The notes beneath the pieces are model-generated. The model was not told the DNA's origin, did not search any database, and saw nothing but the letters and a program-made list of their open reading frames with translations. A stretch of DNA of 63,414 nucleotides, the filler included, from Reclinomonas americana ATCC 50394 (Eukaryota): the NCBI GenBank assembly GCA_048213135.1. It is 3 parts of 3 records of this genome, joined end to end, with 100 filler letters (N's around TTAATTAATTAA, not from the genome) between each part and the next. Parts side by side here need not be neighbours in the genome. Positions count along the whole stretch, not along the records: positions 19,885 to 50,657 come from PS015587.1; positions 50,758 to 63,414 come from PS015588.1; 1 more part is not named here. One strand, given 5' to 3'. This document shows, piece after piece, positions 49,069 to 61,216 of the stretch. Numbering within the stretch: the stretch's first letter is position 1; each line of letters starts with the position of its first letter. The position numbers and the translations under genes are program-made.

Positions 49069-52000
49069 CCTCCCTCCCTCCTGTCTCATTTTGTTTTCTC
49101 TTGGATTTGTCTTCGTGTTTTTTTCGCTTGATGTCCTCCTCACCTGTGTTCTCCTTGATATCGTTCTCGTCCGCCTCTACTCTTTCTTCTCCTTGTCCCC
49201 TCACTCGTTCTCGTGCCTGTTGTCCTTGTCACCCGTGACCCGTTGCAGGTTCTCTTGTTGTCGCTGCTGTCTCTATCTCCCCTCATCCTTTCTCCCTTAC
49301 GCTCTCCTCCTCTCCATCTCCTCCTCATCTCTCTCTTGGCTGTTGATTGTCATCTTTGATCTGCTTCTGGTTCTCTTTTCTTCGCTGTTGTCTCTCTCTT
49401 TCCCTCACCCCCTTATCCTTTCAGTCGCCTTTCCTCACCGTTTCTCTCTTCTCTTTTCCCTCTCGTTTCCCTTCCTCACCTTTCCCCTCCCCGTTCCCAT
49501 TTCACAGCCGCCGTCTGGAATCTGCACGAGGCAAATCCTCCAAGCTGTCACCGAAAGGCCGTGGCGATCAAGTGGAGACCGAGACCACATGGTCGACCAC
49601 TGGCAACACCGAGGGCGCTCTGACGAGTGTGTCAGAGCTGGACGAAGACGCACGCATCAAGGCATTGCTGGACAAGGAGCTGGCCAAGTGGAGGGAGCAC
49701 CTCGACTCGGAACGCGAGGCACGCAAACAGTTAGAGGAGTTGCGTGGCGAGAATGGAGCAAAGTGGTCGCCGAAAAGCATAACTCATTTCTTTTTGGCTG
49801 TGCAGGAGCAAGCGCCGANNNNNNNNNNNNNNNNNNNNNNNNNNNNNNNNNNNNNNNNNNNNNNNNNNNNNNNNNNNNNNNNNNNNNNNNNNNNNNNNNN
49901 NNNNNNNNNNNNNNNNNNNNNNNNNNNNNNNNNNNNNNNNNNNNNNNNNNNNNNNNNNNNNNNNNNNNNNNNNNNNNNNNNNNNNNNNNNNNNNNNNNNN
50001 NNNNNNNNNNNNNNNNNNNNNNNNNNNNNNNNNNNNNNNNNNNNNNNNNNNNNNNNNNNNNNNNNNNNNNNNNNNNNNNNNNNNNNNNNNNNNNNNNNNN
50101 NNNNNNNNNNNNNNNNNNNNNNNNNNNNNNNNNNNNNNNNNNNNNNNNNNNNNNNNNNNNNNNNNNNNNNNNNNNNNNNNNNNNNNNNNNNNNNNNNNNN
50201 NNNNNNNNNNNNNNNNNNNNNNNNNNNNNNNNNNNNNNNNNNNNNNNTCCGTGTGCCACGGATTGACGGAGCCATAAAAGGGGGAGCCGCCATTGGGGGC
50301 CGATAGTGAATTCTGCAGCTTGCTGCGCATGCGCTCGAGTGCCGACTGCCGCGTCTCCAGCGACCGCAACCGGCCCTCCAGCTTGCCACGCATTCGCGCC
50401 TCCTCCTCCATCAATCGCTTGCTCTCCTCCAGATCGCTGTCCACCTTGGAGTTCCACGTGGACACAATGTCGTCATCTATCATAACACACGCATGATGAG
50501 AACACAATACAACAGGAGAGAGTTGGGAAGAGATGAAAAATCGCCCACCAAGAGAGACACCCGACAGGCGGCTGAGGGATCTTGACGGGCTCGAGCCACG
50601 CCGTCCGCCCAGCTTCTTCTGCATCTCCTCGCGCAATTCCTCCATCTCCTCCTCCAGNNNNNNNNNNNNNNNNNNNNNNNNNNNNNNNNNNNNNNNNNNN
50701 NTTAATTAATTAANNNNNNNNNNNNNNNNNNNNNNNNNNNNNNNNNNNNNNNNNNNNCCCGTTTGCGATGCAGCAGCAGCAATTGATGCAACAGCAGCTG
50801 GAGGTGCGCTCCTCCTTCTCCTCCTCCTTCTATGCTTCCCGTTCTCAATTATTGGTTTTGTGTGCAGGAGGACGAGGCCAATGCACTGTACGTGCAACAA
50901 ATGGAGGAGCGACTGGCCGAGTTGGAGCGACAGCAGCAGGTGTTGCTATCGCGTGAGCGGAAGCGTCGCAAGAAGGGTCGGCCGGCAGTGGCGGTGCCTG
51001 TGGGGTGAGCGCGTACACACTCTCTCGATGATTTCTCCCGACCTCTCTCACTCTCGCGCTTTTGCAATGTAGGGACCTGTCGGTGCAGGCGCAAAAGCGC
51101 GTGCTGAAGTATTCGCCGTACTTGGCGCAGATCTTCAGGGCCTCCAAAGGTCGCCTCGATCCCGACGACTATCCCGGCTTCGAGCGCTTCATGACGGAGC
51201 TGGTGGCGGCCGACTACGAGCGCGAACACTCAGCTACGCAGGGCGACGGTGCTGGTGCGGCGGCCGGCGGCGGCAGCGGCTCATCCACGGCCGATGGACC
51301 GCGGCCACCGTGGAAACCGTCGTCGTACAAGGTCCGCGATCGCGATCATCCGCGACGGCGCAATCTGTACGAGTTGCGTTGCACGCAGACCACTTGTTAT
51401 CACCCGTCATCCACGGACGCACACTCACTCTCTTCCTTACAAATGCAGAGACCCAACTCTCTCCTTCCTGGCCAAGGTTCAGATTCCAAACAAGGAGCGC
51501 AAGCCATCGAGCCGTCCGCCATCGCCTCCGCGCGCGCATGAGTACACGAACGGTGCCGACCATCAGAACCGATTGTTGTACGCTTCCAATGCGCCGTACG
51601 CACCGTCGGCATCTGCACCACAGCGCGGATCGCAGCCAGCGACTGTGGCAGCAGCAGCCGGGGCCTCCATGCCTGTGCTGGCCAACTTGAAGCCTGTGCG
51701 CGGCGAGCGTTCTTCCACATTCCCGGCCATTTCGTTGCGTCCTGCGCTCCCCCTTGATTCTTCCTCCTTGTTGCCGCTAATTTTTGCGTGGTCGACCACT
51801 GCAGTCCTCGGACACCGCGTGGCGGTAATCCAGTGTCGGTGGGGCCGGCTGCCTCGGCCTCGGCGGCGGCAGCGGCGGCAGCCAGTGCGATTGTGGATGC
51901 GCAGGCAGCCTACCGACAGNNNNNNNNNNNNNNNNNNNNACTGCTATTTTTTGTGTGAATCATGCTTGTGGCTCACTGTGACAATGTGCAGTGGCGATCG

Positions 52001-52241
52001 TCCAAGTGTGCCTGCGTCAAATTCTTTGTCGGTGCCGCCGACGAGAGTGCGCCTCTTCGTTTTGAAGTCAAGAACGCCGTTGCGTGCGTCCATGAGTCTC
52101 ACCATTTTTTGTGTGCATGCTGACTGACACAAGCGCGGACAACAGACTGTCAAGACGCTGCCAGAGTTGTATGTGCAGGCGTCGCAGTTGCGAGAACCGC
52201 TGACCGCGCATGTCATGTCCGTGGCGAGACCAACAACATAA
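46350..52241 (+). CDS. IFT46: IFT46-like domain protein with long coiled-coil/low-complexity extension (spans gaps; contig 50248-50657 reversed)
   Basis: MTDLFRSI..FRPHSVDLAAPLKPFIPVYIPHVADAERFLM|VSRPDRQQTDIGLAVLDE matches the IFT46 core (LKPFIPDYIPAVGDIDAF.KVPRPD...LGL.VLDE). The flipped contig joins KQLEESKRR|LEEEMEELRE and NPWHT-D|PFAMQQQ. Likely TAA 52239-52241. Confidence 0.7.
50702..50713. other. Artificial assembly spacer TTAATTAATTAA
   Basis: Isolated between N runs; identical to 19829-19840. Confidence 0.95.
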
Positions 52242-52370
52242 ACATCGCATGCTGATTCTGTATTACTCCCGCCCTCTTTCTCCTTTATACACACACTAAC
52301 ACACGCACACAGACAGCTACAAGAACAACAAGGTCAAAACTTACAAACAAGGAAAAGCTGATGGGCACGC

Positions 52371-54339
52371 TCATCTCCTCGGTGACAGCGCAATGTTGGG
52401 CAGGCCTGGTCTCACATGCGGCGGCGAACTGTAATATTGCTGCTGTGGTGGAGGCTGCTGGAACACTGCTTGTGGGGGCATCTGGCGGTAGCCCGGTGAG
52501 CCTGGCGGTGGGCCGCCCGCGTACGAGTAATACGGTGAGCCGCTGCTGCCGACGCGCGGAGAGTACACACCGCCGCCGTTCATCGCCGGACCCATGTGTG
52601 GGCTGTACTGCGGCTGCAACTGCTGCTGCTGCTGCATCGCACTCATCCACTGCTGCTGNNNNNNNNNNNNNNNNNNNNNNNNNNNNNNNNNNNNNNNNNN
52701 NNNNNNNNNNNNNNNNNNNNNNNNNNNNNNNNNNNNNNNNNNNNNNNNNNNNNNGCAGCTGGCAGACAGACCAGCGGCTTGTGTACGGGTCGTGGCGGAA
52801 AGTGAGCCGGGCCCGCATCATCACTTGCATCATCACCGTCATCATCATCTTCGTCATCGTCGTCGCCCTCACCACCACCACCACCACCGCCACCACCACT
52901 GCTGCTGGAGCTGCCGGCTGACGCCAGTCGCTTCAGCTTGCGGACCTTGCGTCGTCGAGCGCGTCGCTTCTGGCTCAACGAGAGGACCACCTGGCCGTCG
53001 GCGTTGAGCGACGGTTCTCTGCGCGGCGCCGCTGCACTCGCACTCGCGCCCCCACCGCCACGACCAGAAGCGGNNNNNNNNNNNNNNNNNNNNATCCCGA
53101 GCCGGTTTGCGCTGCCGGTGCCGGTGCCGGTGCCGGTGCTGATGCTGCTCCCGCACGCCCCTTCTTCCCCACGGGTTTGGCGGGATCTCGCAGCGCGTCG
53201 GCACGCAGCAGCACACACGCCTCGATGCGCAAGTGCGGCATGATGGTCGGGAACGTCCTGCCTCTCACCGTGAGCGCACACTCACGTGCACAGTAGGAAA
53301 ACAACACATCATCCACGCAACTCGGCCAGCACACTCTCGACCCACGCACGACACACGGCAGCATCCTTCCCCGGCACCACCGCCAGCGCCAATTCATCGT
53401 GCGACGTGCGAAACGCATCCTGAAAGTGCGCACTCACAAACGCCGGGTCCGTACGCGCCAGCCGCTCAAACAACCAGTCGGTCACCGCATGCTCAATCGC
53501 CGTCTGCCTCGCCGCCTCCACACGCCCCAACAGCGCCAATCGCAGCGGCTTGCTCTCCGCCAGAATCGTCGACTGCGTGAACCGCTGCATCAACTCGGTC
53601 CAAGTCTCCGCGCCCAACACCAACGCCTTGTCAAAGAACCACAACGAGAAGAAGTTGGCCGAGCGAATGTCGACTGTGACCAGCGATCTGCTTGCAAGAG
53701 TGAGTGCGAGGGGAGGGGTTGTTGGACCCTTTGCTTGTCTCCCACCTGTTGCAAAACGCCTGATCGTATGCCGAATGCTCCTCCGTGCATGCAAAGTACC
53801 CATCGGCGTCCACCCGCACACCAGGAAACGCGGCAAGTGCGGGATGCAGTGGTCGCACAGTCTCCTGCAGCACGCCCAGTCGATGCAGAGTCTTTTTATG
53901 GTCGCATAAGAGAGAGAGTGAGCGCGGGCACATTCAGTCACATTGTGTATGATCAATCGCCCGACCTGCACATGCATCTCCTCGTCAGAGAGTGCTGCAA
54001 ACGCGCGCATGCTGTCACTGCCACTCAGCGCCTCGAGCACTGCATGCAATCACACACAGTTGAGCGCGAGAGAAAGAATGAGTGAGAGTGAGAGCTTATT
54101 TCTGTCTGCTCACCTTGATCGCGAACGTCGCGGCGCATCTGGTTCCACGCATCGAGAGAGCCTCCGCACAGCTCGTCGACTTCGCGTTGAAACGTCGGCC
54201 ACAGCTCAGTCACCTTGTGAGTGGCGTCGAGAGCCTCCAATAACAGAGTTGCCTCTGGTGTGGAACTGGCTCCGGCCTCAGGCAGCAGCGGGAGCTTGCC
54301 AGTGGGAAGGTACTGCTCTCGAGTGAAGGCTTCCCACAT
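52371..54339 (-). CDS. Family-A DNA-polymerase-like palm-domain protein (uncharacterised family) with basic/acidic and Q/P/Y-rich low-complexity tail; multi-exon
   Basis: Spliced product MWEAFTREQYLP..WPTFQREV..VRDQ|..SAYDQAFCNR|SLVTVDIRSANFFSLWFFD..TWTELMQRFT..ESKPLRLALLG..RQTAIE..RTSHDELAL. Motif A-like Asp at 53669-53671, HDE at 53393-53401. Confidence 0.65.
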
Positions 54340-54402
54340 TGGAGAAAGAAAAGACGGATGGAAGTCCTGCTGTCCCGTCGACCGTTGCAACTGTCTTATC
54401 TC

Positions 54403-57400
54403 ATGGGGCGAGAGAGTTTAAGTCGACATCGATGGCGATGCGTGGCCGTGCTTGCCGCGTTGCTGCTTATGGTACACACGGCCTCGGCTGGTAAGCAACC
54501 CCATGCGCGTGGGCGTTGTTGGCAAACAAGTGCGTGACTTTTTGTGACACAGCCATCACGGTGGCGGAGACGACGCTGTACTTGGTGGCACAGTCGGACC
54601 AGTGCTTTTCGTACACACAGCGAGTGAGCATCACCAAGACGGGCGATAACTTGCCGACGACCGTCACTGACTATGCGCTCTTCACGTCGTCCACTTGTGC
54701 GTACGCGTACAATCCGGCTCTGGTGATGACGGTGCTGTCGAGTACGACCTCGGCCGCCACGCTGACATTCGACACCAGCGCGGCCACCTCTTCGTGGTCC
54801 AGGTTTGCGTTTGTTTCTGCGCCTGTTGAAAGTATCCACCCTTTTTTGTGACTTGTGTGTGTGAATAGTGCGCACTTGTGTGCCCGTGCAAACTCTTCCT
54901 CCGCGTTCCAGCATCTGAGCACGGTGTCACTGGCGGCGCCGTGCATTCGCACACCGACACGCCTCCGCTTTGCGCTGTCGTGCTCAAGTGTGACAAACAT
55001 TGGAGCGGCGGTGCCGTCCACACAGGCCATCACCATTGCCGGCACGAAACTCAGCACGTCTCTCACGTACGGGTTGTCGACGAGCGAACTGTGCACAGGC
55101 GCCACCATCGACACGACCTCTGTGCCGCTGGCCGTCTCGAACGGCGGTCTGACGCTGACCTACACCACGGCGACGACGGCGGTGACCGATCGATTCTTGT
55201 GCGCTCGCGTCACCGGCGCCACCACCAGCACGTGGGCCTACACCGGCGCCCAAGTGACTGCCAACCGCGTGTGCGTGCAGGCGCGCGCCACCGGCAACGC
55301 CAACATCTTGTTGCACCCCGGCGGCTGCTCCACTATTACGCAGCCGGAGGTTGTCACCGTGGCCACCACGTCCACGAACGCCTTGTCTGCTGGTGACGAT
55401 TTCCTGGTGCTCTCCAGCACCACAGCCTGCGCTGCGAGTGACATTGTGTCCACCGTGTCGGCCACCATTCTCTCGTCAACTTCGTTGGCGGTTCGTGCTT
55501 TCCCTTTTTTTTTTTGGTTGTTTTCGCAGTTGATTCCCTCAGTCTGACACGGGATTGCGCAGTTTGACACGACACTTCAAAGTGGCGTCTACTCGGGCAC
55601 GCTGTACCTGTGCACGCGTACCTTCAACGACGCCAATTTCGTCTTCACCGGTGCTACGGTGTTGGTCGACCGCGCTTGCTGGTCGACATCGACGCTCACT
55701 GTGCAGGCTGGCAAGTGCACAAACGCGGGGTCCACCGTCATCACTGTCACCGGACTCGGCCTCCCAGGTGTGTATGATGATGCGTCGGCTTTGCAGTTTT
55801 GCTGACGGAAGGCTGAACCCTGCCTCCTTCTCTGACATGCAGTGGCATCGGCCACCACAACATATGACATTTTCACACCCGGCACGTGCTTGGCCGGCGG
55901 CACCATTGGTCTCACGGCGGCGTCGGCCACTGCCAATCGAGGATTGACCATCACGCCCGACTTCTCATTTGCCGTGCAGCAAGCAATGACGTTTACGATG
56001 AGCGCACACACGTTGCGCGAACTCACCACCGGCTACGACATTTGCGTCTCCACCGATTCGGCCAACAAGGCGTTTGTGCGTCATCATTTCTGATGAGGGC
56101 GACGGCTTGAGTGACTGGCTTGCTCATTGCATTTGGCGCAGGTGTGGGTGGGAACTCGGCTGTATGTCAATGGACCCTGCATCGCGTCACCATCGACGCC
56201 CATCACCATTGGACTGCAAAACAGCGTCACGCAAAACCTGAAGCTGGTGGACGCGACGGCAGCCAACCTGTACAGCCGGTCGACCGCCGGATGGGTGACC
56301 ACCGACACTGTGTCGCTGTTTACCGACTCGTCTTGCACACTGGCCAATGTGAGGGTGTGGTCATTATTCTCCTGCTTTGTGCTCATGCTGAATGACGTGC
56401 GTGCACACAGTTGGTGGCAACGGCTCCGGTGACTGGCAAATTCGTGTTCACGTTCACCGCGGCCAACTCTGTCACCTTCCAGTTCGACTCGGTACTTTTC
56501 GGCGCCTCGCAGCGGAGCCTGTACATGTGTGTGTTGCCAGTTTCCGGTTCATACGCCTATCTGGTCGACTTCCGCGTCGGTTGGTACCTCGCGCGATCCA
56601 TGTTCCTCTGCTTCAATCTCACCGCCGGCACTTGCAGCTTCATTCTCGCTGAACCACGCCACTATCAGCACTGGCATTCGTAATGTGGAGTTTGTGGTGA
56701 AGGGAGCACTGCTGCCGCTGCCGTCTGTGTACGACGCCACGTCGGCGGCCTCCACAGCCAACCCCATCTACGTGCTGACCGCCACCGCCACCTGCAATGC
56801 AGGCGTGGTACCGACAGCAGTGCTGTCACTGACACCGGTGACGAACCTGACAGTGGCGACGAGTAGTGCCACTGGCGCTGTTACCTCCGAGAGCGTCAAG
56901 CTTCTCGTCTCCACGCGCACGGGCACCGTGTGCGCCACACCAGCCACCAACTTTGCCGCCCCCGGCACGTACTCGCTGTGCTTCCGACCGGGTGACGGCC
57001 TCGGCTACAACCTGGTTGGCACCATCACGGTGCAAAGTTGCGCGCTGTATTACCTGCCAGCCTGATGCGCACCTAGAAAACTCATTCCATACTCTGCAGC
57101 CGACACGGCGGTTGTCTCGGTCACAACACCCACGTGGAAGCCTCTCGGCACGCAATTCACGTTTGTGATTCTCGGCAGCTTCACCGACTGCGTGGCGTTC
57201 TCCTGGCAGCAATACTCGCCGGCGACTGTCAACTGCGTCGCTGGAAACGACTTGTCGGCTGGTGTCACCGGCTTGGCGGCGACATCCTCGTCGGTAACTC
57301 TGGGCCTCGATCGCTACAACGCGGCGTCTGGCCTGTACGGCAGCTACACGATGGTGCTGCAACCGACTGTGGCGCAGCCGATGATGGTTCGTCGGTTCAC

Positions 57401-59224
57401 ACGCAGAGTAGTACGCAGTATTTGAATCTCACGTTGTTGCGCTTGCAGTTGTGTCTGCAAACGAGACCTGGCGATGCATTCCTGGCTCTGCCATCACTCA
57501 ACACGCCTGGCGGGCTCACTACCGGCGTTGTTGGCATTGGAGCTCGTTGTGTAACTGGGTGAAACTAGAAGGGCTGTGTGCGGAAGCCAGGTTTCTCATC
57601 TCTGCACGCTTATTTTGGCACACAGAGATTCAATCGGGACTCATTGATCCCGCGATTATCTTCGATCTGGCCTACTACGATGTCGGGCAATTCTTCNNNN
57701 NNNNNNNNNNNNNNNNNNNNNNNNNNNNNNNNNNNNNNNNNNNNNNNNNNNNNNNNNNNNNNNNNNNNNNNNNNNNNNNNNNNNNNNNNNNNNNNNNNNN
57801 NNNNNNNNNNNNNNNNNNNNNNNNNNNNNNNNNNNNNNNNNNNNNNNNNNNNNNNNNNNNNNNNNNNNNNNNNNNNNNNNNNNNNNNNNNNNNNNNNNNN
57901 NNNNNNNNNNNNNNNNNNNNNNNNNNNNNNNNNNNNNNNNNNNNNNNNNNNNNNNNNNNNNNNNNNNNNNNNNNNNNNNNNNNNNNNNNNNNNNNNNNNN
58001 NNNNNNNNNNNNNNNNNNNNNNNNNNNNNNNNNNNNNNNNNNNNNNNNNNNNNNNNNNNNNNNNNNNNNNNNNNNNNNNNNNNNNNNNNNNNNNNNNNNN
58101 NNNNNNNNNNNNNNNNNNNNNNNGGTGGATCTGGAACACGCACGTGGCTGTATACTCAGACATTTACAAATGCGTTTTGTTTCGTCACCCTTGCTGTTGC
58201 CGTCGTTGCCGTCCATCCCGCAGTTCTCTGTTTTCTTACGATGCGTGCCATTCTTTGCAGACGCCAAGCCACGTGTCATTTTTGGTCTGCAGGGCATCGA
58301 TTTGGTATCTTCCGACATGCGCATCTACTGCTCACTTGTGTTTCGTCGCCGTGCCCCCGCGCTTGTGCTTTTTCGCACTGCCAGTTGGCACTCAATCTCC
58401 ACCTCTTGTGTGCGCGTGTGTGTGTATGTGTGTGTGTTTGTGTGTGCACGCAGCAACTTTGACACACTGCAATTCACAACGCGCTGTCTCACCTACGGCG
58501 ACGTGAGCCTCCGTGAGTTTCGTGCCCCTCGGCTATTACGATTCTCCACCTTTGCCTCATTCGGGTGTGTAATATCATTTGTAGTGTACGACTCGCGTGG
58601 CTTGCCGTCCGCTTGGAGTCTACCTCGTCCTCCGACGACGTGCTTCTCGGCAATATCGACTACACCTCCGACAAGCAGCGGTCGTGGATGACGCTTCCCA
58701 CCATCACGACGTCGCCGCGCTCACAGAGCACATCCCTTTCCACCGCCAACTATCCGAAGCCGCCCTCGGTACTGACCACGTTGCGGCATCTGTACATTCT
58801 CAAGGATACAGACCACAACTTCTCGACTTCGGTGGTCGCCCTCAACAAGCAGAACTTCTTGCACCGTGCCACTGTGTACGACTCGTGCCGAGTCTCGCGA
58901 ATTTCGCTCTCGTACATGGTGTTCCCGGCGTCGACTGGCAGCGGTTTCGGCATGCTGGCTGGAGAGAGTACGATGACAGGCGGCGTGACCTACCAGCAGC
59001 ACGTTTTCGACGGGAGTGACATCAGCAGTTCCGGACTGGCGTCTGTGACATCGTTTGTGGTCTTTTTGCGCGGATGGAGCGTAGAAAATGCCGCGCAAAA
59101 TGGCGAGACGTTTATCTTCCTCGACGTCTCCAATCCCTCTGCTCTCACGTATCTAGTCCACTACTCGTCGCCAGCGAATCGCGTCGACTATTCGTGGGCC
59201 GCCATTGGCGTGGTGGCGCCATGA
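54403..59224 (+). CDS. Large secreted protein with Cys-containing beta-rich repeats and C-terminal H-type-lectin-like modules (paralog of the gene at 1-4026)
   Basis: Signal-like MGRESLSRHRWRCVAVLAALLLMVHTASA. Repeats end in RFLC/LYLC/YDIC/YMC/YSLC. C-terminal YPKPPSVLTTL..HNFST..SCRVSRISLSY..SGFGMLAGE..VFLRGW..YSWAAIG; TGA 59222-59224. Confidence 0.85.
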
Positions 59225-59895
59225 GCAGTCGGTGCATGAGAGAGGCGCCGTCATGATGCAGTGAAGGTAGCNNNNNNNNNNNNNNNNNNNNNNNNNNNNN
59301 NNNNNNNNNNNNNNNNNNNNNNNNNNNNNNNNNNNNNNNNNNNNNNNNNNNNNNNNNNNNNNNNNNNNNNNNNNNNNNNNNNNNNNNNNNNNNNNNNNNN
59401 NNNNNNNNNNNNNNNNNNNNNNNNNNNNNNNNNNNNNNNNNNNNNNNNNNNNNNNNNNNNNNNNNNNNNNNNNNNNNNNNNNNNNNNNNNNNNNNNNNNN
59501 NNNNNNNNNNNNNNNNNNNNNNNNNNNNNNNNNNNNNNNNNNNNNNNNNNNNNNNNNNNNNNNNNNNNNNNNNNNNNNNNNNNNNNNNNNNNNNNNNNNN
59601 NNNNNNNNNNNNNNNNNNNNNNNNNNNNNNNNNNNNNNNNNNNNNNNNNNNNNNNNNNNNNNNNNNNNNNNNNNNNNNNNNNNNNNNNNNNNNNNNNNNN
59701 NNNNNNNNNNNNNNNNNNNNNNNNNNNNNNNNNNNNNNNNNNNNNNNNNNNNNNNNNNNNNNNNNNNNNNNNNNNNNNNNNNNNNNNNNNNNNNNNNNNN
59801 NNNNNNNNNNNNNNNNNNNNNNNNNNNNNNNNNNNNNNNNNNNNNNNNNNNNNNNNNNNNNNNNNNNNNNNNNNNNNNNNNNNNNNNNNNNNNNN

Positions 59896-60540
59896 GCTCC
59901 ACCATGCGCGTCTCGACCAGCTCACACCGCTGCTCCACTCGTGCCTCTGCTCTCCTCTCCACTGCGCCTGCCGACTCCTGTGTCTCTCGCAAGGAGTGAC
60001 GGAAGGCGGCGCATTGCGCCTCCAGTTCGTCAATCCGTGCTTGATGCGACGCCAGTGCCTTGGTCAGCATGCTCTGCAGCACTTGCTCCACTGCTGCCAT
60101 GTCCACAGTCGGTGGAGGATGCTGTGCACATGGAGACACGCCAGTGTCAGCGAGTGATAGAAGGAAAGAAGGGAGAGATGACAAGCAAAGATGTGCACAG
60201 GAGGCGCGGCAGCGGAAAAAAGTGTGAGATATCGAAACGCGTTTGAGAAACGCACTTTTTCATCATCATCAATATCCCCGCTGCACTCACTCACTCTCGC
60301 GCACATCCCTCTGTGTGAGACGCAACTTGCGCCAGCAGCAATTGCGTGCTGGAGCTCGGGGAGCGCGGCAAGTGTGCGGAGGCCGCTGTGCTGCGGCGCG
60401 CTAATGGTGACGCACTCTCACGCAATGGAGAAGGCAGTCGAGCAGGCGACACCCATCTCACATCGCCATGAGGCGACGAAGGCGGCGGTGGCGAGGAGGG
60501 TGAGCCAACCATGAAAGAGCGTGCGGAGGCGGCCATTCGG
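59896..60540 (-). CDS. Probable 5' exons of the ankyrin gene on a reversed contig
   Basis: MAASARSF.. and ..MAAVEQVLQSMLTKAL..RMVE-C + AA ACC GAG (61217) reads RMVEQTEALRRDIN in frame when the contig is flipped. Confidence 0.6.
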
Positions 60541-61216
60541 CCGTGCTCAATATATACCTCGGCAGCACTCAACTGTAGACCACTACCCTCTCCGACAACC
60601 TTACAAAAGAAAAAATGTTCGTGAAACAACAACAACAACAACAGACANNNNNNNNNNNNNNNNNNNNNNNNNNNNNNNNNNNNNNNNNNNNNNNNNNNNN
60701 NNNNNNNNNNNNNNNNNNNNNNNNNNNNNNNNNNNNNNNNNNNNNNNNNNNNNNNNNNNNNNNNNNNNNNNNNNNNNNNNNNNNNNNNNNNNNNNNNNNN
60801 NNNNNNNNNNNNNNNNNNNNNNNNNNNNNNNNNNNNNNNNNNNNNNNNNNNNNNNNNNNNNNNNNNNNNNNNNNNNNNNNNNNNNNNNNNNNNNNNNNNN
60901 NNNNNNNNNNNNNNNNNNNNNNNNNNNNNNNNNNNNNNNNNNNNNNNNNNNNNNNNNNNNNNNNNNNNNNNNNNNNNNNNNNNNNNNNNNNNNNNNNNNN
61001 NNNNNNNNNNNNNNNNNNNNNNNNNNNNNNNNNNNNNNNNNNNNNNNNNNNNNNNNNNNNNNNNNNNNNNNNNNNNNNNNNNNNNNNNNNNNNNNNNNNN
61101 NNNNNNNNNNNNNNNNNNNNNNNNNNNNNNNNNNNNNNNNNNNNNNNNNNNNNNNNNNNNNNNNNNNNNNNNNNNNNNNNNNNNNNNNNNNNNNNNNNNN
61201 NNNNNNNNNNNNNNNN

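Noticed and set aside
50248..50657. Nested antisense gene or ciliate-like scrambled gene
   Set aside because: The segment is bounded by gaps on both sides and joins in frame when flipped; a mis-oriented contig is the simpler explanation.
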